Shown: in pieces, positions 38,948-46,565 of the stretch
Layout of the letters: each line of letters opens with the position of its first letter
How positions within the stretch are numbered: the first letter of the stretch is position 1
NCBI GenBank assembly: GCA_048885525.1
Contig: JBHLLP010000028.1
Location: forward strand, 1 to 46,565
Direction of reading: 5' to 3'
From: Candidatus Hermodarchaeota archaeon
GTDB lineage: Archaea > Asgardarchaeota > Lokiarchaeia > Sigyniarchaeales > SOKP01
Length of the DNA: 46,565 nucleotides
Made by a program: the position numbers and the translations under genes
Notes under the pieces: generated by a model
Told to the model about the DNA's origin: nothing
Seen by the model: the letters and a program-made list of their open reading frames with translations, nothing else
The model's database searches: none

Positions 38948-40594
38948 TTATTCATCTCTAAAAAATTGGAGTAAATCGTTTAAACTAGTAAAACTAGAAT
39001 AATTTGATTGAAATTTAGATTTTAAAATAGGATCTAATCCTCGAATTGGATTAACAGAGTTAAATTCTACAACTTCATTATATTGATTTATGTATTTCTC
39101 GGGAATTAGCACTCCACATTTATGATAATTTTTATAATTTTGAATAATGAATACGTTTGATTTCTTTACTGAATTTTCATAAAGTTCGTCGTTTTTCCCT
39201 ACAGGAGAGATGGATTCAAATTGACCCATCGGATATGTACTTATTAATTCAAGTGGAATTATTCCAAAATATGAAGAATTAAAAACAATATGGATTTCCT
39301 CTCGAGAGATCATAGTGTTATCATTAATCTGTTTAAGCCAATTTTGAATTGTTGAAGAATTTTCTCCTCTAGCATCTAATTCCGGCAAAATTAATAAAAA
39401 CTTTACATCTTCTGGAACCCGATAATTACTACTAATCCTTTTCAAATATCTACTAATCAGAGGTCTATAAACATTTTCAAAGGAAACAAATAATCGACCC
39501 CTTTTCTTATAGACTTTTTCATATAATTCAAACATCGGAGTTTCTTTCTTTAAGAATTGTGCTGCTTTAACTAAATTTGGGTGAGCTCTTATACGTTGAT
39601 CTACTAATTCCCAAAGATTCCCCTCTCTTATTGCTTGTCTGATTGTTTTTAACTCAGAAAAAGAAATATATAGATTATGTTTAGCTAAAAGTTTAATTCT
39701 TAAATTATCTTCATATTTCTTTAGCTCATGTGGGCTCAATTCTGTGCAAATGGGACAATGACATGGAAATTCTTCTAAATCTTCAAGATTTTTAGTACCT
39801 GTAGATAATGTAAAATACCTATTTTCTTTTGCATATAAAATATATGCAGCTGAATCCATTAAATCACATCCACATGCGACGGCCAAGGAAAAAAACTGAG
39901 GTAACCCTAAACCAAACATGTGCAGTGGTTTACTTTGGTTTATACTTTTTTTCACATTCAATAAGATTTGAATAGTTACATCAAATCTGTAATCAAGAAA
40001 AGATTTTACTAATCCCCCTATCGCATAGACACCAAAATCTAATTTATTCATTTCATTAATACATGATGTTAAAAGATCATCATATAGACCTCCATGAATT
40101 GGCCCAATCCATGCGCAATTTTCATTGGATCGTCTTTTGATATTCTCTTTTGCCCTATCAATTGTAGCCTCAACCTTTGTTTTTGCGATTTCGTATGTAT
40201 CATCTGGTTGTACGGGGATATCAAGGATTACCGGAAAATCTGATTCAATCCTTTCTTGGAAGGCTTCGATCTCTTCAGCTTCAATCTTCATATTAGACTT
40301 GTTATACATATATTGCTGAAAAGCTCCACTATCAGTAGCAATAAGGCCATCAAAATCAATAAATTGATGAATTTTTTTCTTTATGAGGCTTTCTTTTATA
40401 GTTTCATTTTGAAAAAGGATATACGCGTTCGTAAAAATAGCTTGAGCACCAAAACTTTTTAAATCCGAAGGTGGAATTACATTTTTAAAAGGATGTACTA
40501 CAGGAAAAAGATTAGGGGTAATCATCTGCTTTTCATTAACTTCTAGTTTTCCAATTCTCCCTAAAGCGTCTACATCTAAAATTTCATACTTCAT
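38948..40594 (-). CDS. tgtA: Archaeosine tRNA-guanine(15) transglycosylase
   Basis: GRIGKL, TPNLFPV, TDSGAFQ, LDIP, LHMFGLG, DSAAY, CHCPIC, HNL; no obvious PUA domain. Confidence 0.93.
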   Translation of the reverse strand: MKYEILDVDALGRIGKLEVNEKQMITPNLFPVVHPFKNVIPPSDLKSFGAQAIFTNAYILFQNETIKESLIKKKIHQFIDFDGLIATDSGAFQQYMYNKSNMKIEAEEIEAFQERIESDFPVILDIPVQPDDTYEIAKTKVEATIDRAKENIKRRSNENCAWIGPIHGGLYDDLLTSCINEMNKLDFGVYAIGGLVKSFLDYRFDVTIQILLNVKKSINQSKPLHMFGLGLPQFFSLAVACGCDLMDSAAYILYAKENRYFTLSTGTKNLEDLEEFPCHCPICTELSPHELKKYEDNLRIKLLAKHNLYISFSELKTIRQAIREGNLWELVDQRIRAHPNLVKAAQFLKKETPMFELYEKVYKKRGRLFVSFENVYRPLISRYLKRISSNYRVPEDVKFLLILPELDARGENSSTIQNWLKQINDNTMISREEIHIVFNSSYFGIIPLELISTYPMGQFESISPVGKNDELYENSVKKSNVFIIQNYKNYHKCGVLIPEKYINQYNEVVEFNSVNPIRGLDPILKSKFQSNYSSFTSLNDLLQFFRDE

Positions 40595-40621
40595 TTTGCA
40601 TTCTTCAGGAATTTATAATTA

Positions 40622-41215
40622 TTAGTCAAAGAAGTCTTTTAATCGATCTTCTTCAAATAACTTTTGAAGCCAATCTACTTTTCCAATCTTATAATTTTTT
40701 CCATTTTTACTTTCAACTACAATTTCGACAATTATCCTCGCTACAGTTTCTATATTAATACTTGTTGTATCGATTTCAAAAATGGGTGCTTTTATCTTCT
40801 TTTGAATAAAATAATTGACACAATTACCTAGAATTTCTGCTTGAACATTTTCAGTAATTTTTTTTATATCATATTTTTTTTTTTCTAGTCTTCTAAATAA
40901 TTCATCTGGATCACATCTTAAAATGAATACATAATCAATAAATTTTTTTGGAATAATATCTGAGAAATGACTTTCTATTATCAGGTAAGGTGGATTCTCT
41001 CGCTTAATATCAGCAATTTTATTTATAATATAGGGTAGAAATAATTCAAAATCTACAATATATGTTTTTCTTTCTTGATCATACTCAAATGAAAAATCAC
41101 CCGAAATTGCTAATTCATTCAAGGAAATTATTTTGGCATTAATTAAATTAGAGATCTCTTTTGCTACTGACGTCTTTCCGGAACCAGGTGTGCCGGAGAT
41201 GATGATAATTTTCAT
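40622..41215 (-). CDS. AK6/Fap7-type adenylate kinase
   Basis: ISGTPGSGKT, IIESH, LRCDP, ENVQAEIL, VDW. Confidence 0.9.
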   Translation of the reverse strand: MKIIIISGTPGSGKTSVAKEISNLINAKIISLNELAISGDFSFEYDQERKTYIVDFELFLPYIINKIADIKRENPPYLIIESHFSDIIPKKFIDYVFILRCDPDELFRRLEKKKYDIKKITENVQAEILGNCVNYFIQKKIKAPIFEIDTTSINIETVARIIVEIVVESKNGKNYKIGKVDWLQKLFEEDRLKDFFD

Positions 41216-41361
41216 TTATAAATATATAATAGAGAATGATAATTAAAAAAATGAATGAACATAATTGAAATTATTCTAAATTGAAAGTAATTAAGTGAAA
41301 AAATCATAAACCTTAATATTTATCTATACAATTTAAAAAAGAAATTATATTTTCACGCAAA

Positions 41362-41430
41362 GTAGAGATAATTATCTCTACATATTACGGTTAAAACCAT
41401 ATATTTAAATATTTGTAGAGATAATATCTA
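41362..41430. promoter_or_regulatory. Palindromic operator GTAGAGATAATTATCTCTAC plus a second near-copy flanking the TATA box of the Fic gene
   Basis: Perfect 20-bp palindrome at 41362-41381; TTTAAATA at 41404-41411; GTAGAGATAATATCTA at 41415-41430. Confidence 0.65.
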
Positions 41431-41433
41431 ATT

Positions 41434-42324
41434 ATGGTTAGTGTTATAAAAAAAAATGTTAGAGGAAAAGAATATTATTATCTTTCTTATTCTTATCGAG
41501 AGAAAACTAAAGTAAATAATCTCTCAAAGACAATCGGGAAGGAAATTCCAGAATACGAAGAGTTAAGTCAAATTAAAGAAGAGTTTTGTTATGAAATTTT
41601 TCAAAAATTATGGATGCCTATAATAGAAAAAATGACAAAAAAATACCAAGAAAGATTTAATTCACTGCCAAAACCAATACAAGTAAAAGATTTAAGGACT
41701 TTTGGTGTAAGATTTACTCATAATACAAACAAAATCGAAGGATCAACCCTTACATTAAAAGATGTTGCTTTAGTTATTGATGAACCAGATGTTCCAATTA
41801 AGAAATCAACACACGATATAATAGAAGCAAAATCGCATATGAGTGTCTATGAAGAGATGATTACAAGTAAGAAAGAGATCGATTGGGAATTAGTTTTAGA
41901 TTGGCATGAAAAAATTTTTGAACTAACTAAACCAGAAATTGCAGGAATTATAAGACAATATCCTGTTCAAATAACTAGAAGTAAATTTGTTCCTCCAATA
42001 GCAGGAGTAGAATATCTTTTAGATGATCTTCTTAATTGGTATAATGATAACAAAAATAAACTGCATCCTGTTTTTCTTGCTTGTATGATGCATTATAGAT
42101 TTGTTTCTATACATCCTTTTGGAGATGGAAATGGGAGAATGTGCAGAATTCTTATGAATTACATCTTATTTAAGAATAAATATCCTATGTTTGATATTGA
42201 ATATAAAATCAGACAGAGCTATTATAATGCTTTAGAAAAAGCAAATCTAAAAGAAGATGATATGATCTTTATTGGCTGGTTTTGTAAAAGATATATTCAA
42301 TCGAATGAAGTATACCTGAAATAG
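41434..42324 (+). CDS. Fic family protein (class II-like) with N-terminal beta-hairpin extension
   Basis: HPFGDGNGRMCR Fic motif; inhibitory-type TNKIEG motif; N-terminal 'KNVRGKEYYYLSYSYR'. Confidence 0.93.
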   Translation: MVSVIKKNVRGKEYYYLSYSYREKTKVNNLSKTIGKEIPEYEELSQIKEEFCYEIFQKLWMPIIEKMTKKYQERFNSLPKPIQVKDLRTFGVRFTHNTNKIEGSTLTLKDVALVIDEPDVPIKKSTHDIIEAKSHMSVYEEMITSKKEIDWELVLDWHEKIFELTKPEIAGIIRQYPVQITRSKFVPPIAGVEYLLDDLLNWYNDNKNKLHPVFLACMMHYRFVSIHPFGDGNGRMCRILMNYILFKNKYPMFDIEYKIRQSYYNALEKANLKEDDMIFIGWFCKRYIQSNEVYLK

Positions 42325-42386
42325 AAATTTTATATCTCCTGAAGGTGTAATGAAAAAAAATGATCCGACTATAGTTATCAAATAAA

Positions 42387-42460
42387 TGGGAAAGGGGGGC
42401 TTTGAACCCCCGACCTCACGGTTATCAGCCGTGCGCTATACCAGGCTAAGCCACTCTCCC
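42387..42460 (-). tRNA. tRNA-Ile(GAT)
   Basis: Reverse complement GGGAGAGTGGCTTAGCCTGGTATAGCGCACGGCTGATAACCGTGAGGTCGGGGGTTCAAAGCCCCCCTTTCCCA. Confidence 0.95.
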
Positions 42461-42616
42461 TTTACGGGAATTCCAAAAATGCAAAAAACTCTATTTGAAA
42501 AAACGTAAATTAACGAATAAATTAAATATATCGTATTTAAAAAATTTTTTGACCAAAAAAATAATAAAATATGCTTATTTTTAATAAATATTAACATACA
42601 GATGTGTTGAGATAAA

Positions 42617-43201
42617 ATGAAGTCTGGATATAATCATATCAAAGAAACGTTTGAAAAACACGAAAAAGGATATCAAACACCACACTGGTATCGCGGAATT
42701 GAATATCGAAAAGGTAGATCAATTCAAAGAGTTGAAAAACCGACTAATCTTCATCGAGCACGAACATTAGGTTATAAAGCAAAACAAGGATACATAATCG
42801 TTCGAGCAAGAATAAGGAAAGGAGGAATGCATAAAACTCGCCCAAAACGTGGAAGAAAACCAAGAGCTATGGGTGTCTCTAAATATACCACTGGGAAGAA
42901 CCTCCAATGGATTGCTGAGGAACGAGTTCAGAGAAAGTATCCAAACATGCAGGTCCTAAATAGTTATAAAATCTATGCTGACGGGAAACACTGGTATTAT
43001 GAGACAATTTTGGTTGATCCAAATCATCCGGTTATTAATTCGGATCCCAAAATTAATTGGATTGCTGACCCACAACATTCAAAGAGAGTAACTCGAGGTC
43101 TTACCTCTGCTGGAAAGAGAGCACGAGGTTTACATAAAAAAGGATGGGGTTCTGAAAAAACTCGACCAAGTATTAGGGCAAATAAAGGTCGAGGTAAATA
43201 A
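42617..43201 (+). CDS. rpl15e: 50S ribosomal protein L15e
   Basis: RARTLGYKAKQG, IAEERVQRKYPN, RGLTSAGK. Confidence 0.98.
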   Translation: MKSGYNHIKETFEKHEKGYQTPHWYRGIEYRKGRSIQRVEKPTNLHRARTLGYKAKQGYIIVRARIRKGGMHKTRPKRGRKPRAMGVSKYTTGKNLQWIAEERVQRKYPNMQVLNSYKIYADGKHWYYETILVDPNHPVINSDPKINWIADPQHSKRVTRGLTSAGKRARGLHKKGWGSEKTRPSIRANKGRGK

Positions 43202-43245
43202 AGTATTGTCTTTTTATTATCACTTTTTAAAAAATTGAAATGAAA

Positions 43246-44052
43246 TTATAATTTATTCACACTAATTGTCATTCCGCCATCAATGATTATATTTTGACCT
43301 GTGATATAATCTGCTCCAGGTGAAGCTAAAAACAATGCAGCATCTGCTACCATTTTACTTTCACCAATTCTATCAATAGGAAGTTTTACACCTCTGGTTT
43401 TCAAAAAATCTCTGATAAGGTCAGGATCATTATTATAGAGGGGTGTTAAAAAAACACCGGGAGAAATGGCATTAACTGTAATATTGTTTTTACCTAATTC
43501 AAGAGCCCACAATCTTGTAAATGCTAATAAACCTGCTTTACTTACACTATAAATCCCAAGCATAGGATTAGCACCATTTGCGGTCCCAGCACATGAAACA
43601 ATATTGATTATTTTTCCCGCAACTGGTGTAAAATGCTTCTGTCTCCTCATCTGTTTAAAAAGGCTTTTTGTAACATTCCAAGCACCTTTTAGATTAATTG
43701 CCATAATCTTATCATACATCTCTTCTTTTTGTTTTAAGGTGGGATATAATCCGCCGTCAATTCCTGCATTATTAACTAATAAAAAAAGGTTGTCGAATTT
43801 CTCGAGCACATGATCTGCCATTTCTTTTACCTGCTCAGAATCCGAAATATCCGCTTTAGCTATAAAAACCTCAACATCATAATCTTTCAGAACAATCTCA
43901 CGTGTTTGATCTAAACCTTCAACATTAATATCATTAATAACTAGATCTGCCCCTTTACTGGCAAAAGCTTTTGCCATTTCTCTTCCAAATCCACCTCCTC
44001 CAGCCCCCGTTATTAGAGCGACTTTTCCTTTTAAAAATTTTTCTTCTGACAT
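43246..44052 (-). CDS. Short-chain dehydrogenase/reductase (FabG-like)
   Basis: TGAGGGGFG, LVNNAG, YSVSK, NAISPG. Confidence 0.93.
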   Translation of the reverse strand: MSEEKFLKGKVALITGAGGGGFGREMAKAFASKGADLVINDINVEGLDQTREIVLKDYDVEVFIAKADISDSEQVKEMADHVLEKFDNLFLLVNNAGIDGGLYPTLKQKEEMYDKIMAINLKGAWNVTKSLFKQMRRQKHFTPVAGKIINIVSCAGTANGANPMLGIYSVSKAGLLAFTRLWALELGKNNITVNAISPGVFLTPLYNNDPDLIRDFLKTRGVKLPIDRIGESKMVADAALFLASPGADYITGQNIIIDGGMTISVNKL

Positions 44053-44074
44053 AATATATCAATTTTAATTAGAT

Positions 44075-45808
44075 TTATTTTCCAAATAGGCCTTTACTTT
44101 TTTTATAAAGACCAAGTAATTTCATTGCAGGGGGTGATTCAAAAGCAATATCAACATCAATTACTGCTGGTTTTTTTGAATCAATTGCACGTTGCAAAGC
44201 TTGTTTTATATCTTCGGGCTTACTTATCTTCTCTCCATAACATCCAAAACCTCGAGCGATTTCTGCATAATCTATTGGTGGAAAATCTACATCACAGTAT
44301 CTTCTACCCAAATTAAGCTTTTGATTTGATTTTATCATACCCCACGCGCAATTATTTCCGATTATAGTAATTATAGGGAGATTTAACCTTACTGCCGTCT
44401 CCAATTCTTGTACATTAAACATAAAGCTACCATCTCCAGTAATACATATAACTAACTTATCTGGTTTAGCCATTTGTGCTCCAATAGCATACGGAATCCC
44501 AATACCTAAATGACCCATTGAAACAGAGCGATAAAAACTTCTTGGGGGACGTGGTTTAAGACTTATTAAATCCAATGAAAAAACAAAAATATCTCCTCCA
44601 TCTATGACTAGCTGTGTATCATCTGGTATGGAATCCAAAACTTCATATACAAGTCTATGAGGTTTCATAGGTAATTTATTAAATTTTAACATTTTTTCTA
44701 TCTGTTGTTTATCACCTTTCCTTACATCTTGTAAATATTCGTTCCATTGAGACCATTCAGTGACTTTTTCTTTAGGGAGATTCTTTTCCATTTCTTCTAA
44801 TAGTTGACTGATGACAGCTCCAGCATCTCCAACAACAGCAACATTTACAGGTCTATTTTTACCAATTTCAGTTGGGTCTATATCAACTTGGATAATTTTC
44901 TGATCTTGATTCCAAAGAGGGGAAGCTCCATAAATAATAGTATGGTCCCATTTACACCCAAGAGAGAGGATTACATCTGCTTCAATAGCAGCTCTTCTAT
45001 ATGCCATTGCTGTCAATTTTCCCCCTACAAACGTATTATTGGTTTTAACTGCACCTATCCCGCTTAAGGTTGTTCCAACAGGAACGTTATATGTTTCTGA
45101 TAACTTATTTACTCCATCATAAGCTTCTGAAGCAATTACACCGCCACCAGCTACAATTAAAGGTTTTTTAGCAGTCTTTAAAAGTTCTATTGCTTGAATT
45201 ATGCCTTCTTTGTTTCCGGCGGGTCTATGTAATGGACGGTAATACTTTGGATCTAAAATTTTTTTAAAATCCTCCTGTGTAGCTTCTCTAACTAATGCAG
45301 TTTCTCTTAATTCGAGAAAAACAGGACCTCTTCTTCCACTCATCGCAGTTTTGATACATCTTTGAACTGCATTTGGTATTTCATATGGATCTTCTACAGA
45401 AACTTGTAATTTTGTAATAGGTTTCATTAGACTCATCTGGTCTAAATCGCCTTGCAATATTCCAATATTATCAAACATTCTAGCGATTTGGGAACCAATT
45501 ACCAACATTGGTATCGAATCGGCATTTGCTGCTGCAACAGCAGGAATCAGATGGGTGACTCCAGGCCCTGCTGTCCCTAAACAAACACCAATTTCTCCAG
45601 TTGCTCTTGCCCATGCATCAGCCATATGTGCTCCAGCTTGTTCATGCCGGACCATAACTGTGTCGATTCCTTCTTCACGACCCCATCGTTCAATAGCATC
45701 ATAAATCTTTAGTAATTCTCCACCAACAATGCCGAAAATTTTGGAAATGCCTTCTTTTATTAGGCATTTAACAAGCAAATCGCCGCCATTTAAAACTTGA
45801 TTTGACAT
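44075..45808 (-). CDS. Thiamine-pyrophosphate enzyme (acetolactate synthase large subunit / 2-hydroxyacyl-CoA lyase-like)
   Basis: VRHEQAG, AGPG, GDGSF...NN TPP motif. Confidence 0.92.
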   Translation of the reverse strand: MSNQVLNGGDLLVKCLIKEGISKIFGIVGGELLKIYDAIERWGREEGIDTVMVRHEQAGAHMADAWARATGEIGVCLGTAGPGVTHLIPAVAAANADSIPMLVIGSQIARMFDNIGILQGDLDQMSLMKPITKLQVSVEDPYEIPNAVQRCIKTAMSGRRGPVFLELRETALVREATQEDFKKILDPKYYRPLHRPAGNKEGIIQAIELLKTAKKPLIVAGGGVIASEAYDGVNKLSETYNVPVGTTLSGIGAVKTNNTFVGGKLTAMAYRRAAIEADVILSLGCKWDHTIIYGASPLWNQDQKIIQVDIDPTEIGKNRPVNVAVVGDAGAVISQLLEEMEKNLPKEKVTEWSQWNEYLQDVRKGDKQQIEKMLKFNKLPMKPHRLVYEVLDSIPDDTQLVIDGGDIFVFSLDLISLKPRPPRSFYRSVSMGHLGIGIPYAIGAQMAKPDKLVICITGDGSFMFNVQELETAVRLNLPIITIIGNNCAWGMIKSNQKLNLGRRYCDVDFPPIDYAEIARGFGCYGEKISKPEDIKQALQRAIDSKKPAVIDVDIAFESPPAMKLLGLYKKSKGLFGK

Positions 45809-45874
45809 ATTTAGACCTATTCCAAATAAAAAATAAAGTTTATTATAAATAGAAATTCAACAAATAAGTACAAA

Positions 45875-46351
45875 TTAGAGAGCAATTAATTCGAGATAAT
45901 AACCGAAGACTTCTTTAGTATCTAAATAGTAAAATTTAACTCTTCCAACTTTTCCCGATTGAATTATATCGATATTAGATGTATTTTTAAAATGCTTAAT
46001 GAGAGTCTCAGCATCTTTAGTATATACACCTAAGTGATGCAGCCCAATTTTACCTTCTTCAAGAAATTCTGAATATAAGTGATCTCCAGTAGATTCTAAT
46101 AATTCAATAATTTCAAACTGTTTCCCACCAAAGGTATGCATTATTTTTTTCATTTTAAATTCTACTCCTTTTCCTTTATAAATTACATTACTGGTTTGTT
46201 CAACAATATTGATATTGCCTTTAAAATCAAGTAATGCTGCGTAGAATTCTGCTGCTTTCTCAATATCTTTGACAAGGATACCAATTTGATCAAAATCTGA
46301 TATTCTTAATTCTACCATTTTTAATATAGCTTTATTTGACAAATTTCGCAA
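45875..46351 (-). CDS. VOC/glyoxalase family protein (methylmalonyl-CoA epimerase-like); likely start near 46318
   Basis: 'DQIGILVKDIEKA', 'FEII', 'GLHHLG', 'YLDT..FGYYLEL'. Confidence 0.85.
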   Translation of the reverse strand: MRNLSNKAILKMVELRISDFDQIGILVKDIEKAAEFYAALLDFKGNINIVEQTSNVIYKGKGVEFKMKKIMHTFGGKQFEIIELLESTGDHLYSEFLEEGKIGLHHLGVYTKDAETLIKHFKNTSNIDIIQSGKVGRVKFYYLDTKEVFGYYLELIAL

Positions 46352-46565
46352 ATTTTAATTTACTAATTGGCTTTTTTAGAGGAAAATCCCCTTTTAATAT
46401 CATTGTTTTTAACTGTTCTGCTAATTTTATTGCTCCATGTCTATCCGATTGTCTTAAAACAATTGGGACTTCATTACCTTCGAAATTAACTTTTTTTAGA
46501 TCTAATTCAAATGCTTCTGGACATAAGTGAGTGCAATTACCGCAATTGAAACAACGGGATCGATC
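46332..46565 (-). CDS. C-terminus of a methanogenesis-marker-16 / DUF39-related Fe-S protein (partial); not in ORF track
   Basis: DRSRCFNCGNCTHLCPEAF...VPIVLRQSDRHGAIKLAEQLKTMILKGDFPLKKP*. Confidence 0.7.
   Translation of the reverse strand, partial: DRSRCFNCGNCTHLCPEAFELDLKKVNFEGNEVPIVLRQSDRHGAIKLAEQLKTMILKGDFPLKKPISKLKFAKFVK

Noticed and set aside
4899-46530. Short antisense or overlapping track ORFs (4899, 12397, 14355, 14934, 17662, 19094, 21754, 23343, 24828, 25406, 26381, 27548, 29233, 33723, 40125, 40256, 43604, 44125, 44804, 46336)
   Set aside because: They are shadows of well-supported genes on the opposite strand and have no motifs.

Overview
AT-rich archaeal chromosomal window, very likely Asgard archaea (Lokiarchaeia-like). 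This is inferred from the 16S 5' sequence, archaeal ribosomal and translation genes, and roadblock, MglA-type GTPase, DENN-like and V4R genes. Most of it is housekeeping: 16S rRNA 5' end, three tRNAs (tRNA-Glu has a D-loop BHB intron), rps17e, rpl3-rpl4-rpl23, rpl15e, Cdc6, two TFB paralogs, class I LysRS, ABCE1 and tRNA-modification genes. It also carries a dispersed Tad/Flp pilus gene set and a roadblock-DENN-like-double GTPase module. The most striking unexplained structure is at about 31.1-35.5 kb. A frameshifted ~1,200-codon gene (pseudo-zincin-like N-terminus plus repeated Lrp-like modules) is flanked on both sides by an inverted ~190-bp unit. Each unit reads outward as BRE/TATA, 5' leader, Shine-Dalgarno, an identical 11-codon ORF (MPYGIGEPPAK), a covarying hairpin and a poly-T terminator. 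An MFS transporter lies next to it. This is a candidate micropeptide/sensor system. Several small or frameshifted ORFs missed by the ORF track were also found. All calls are by eye, with no database searches.
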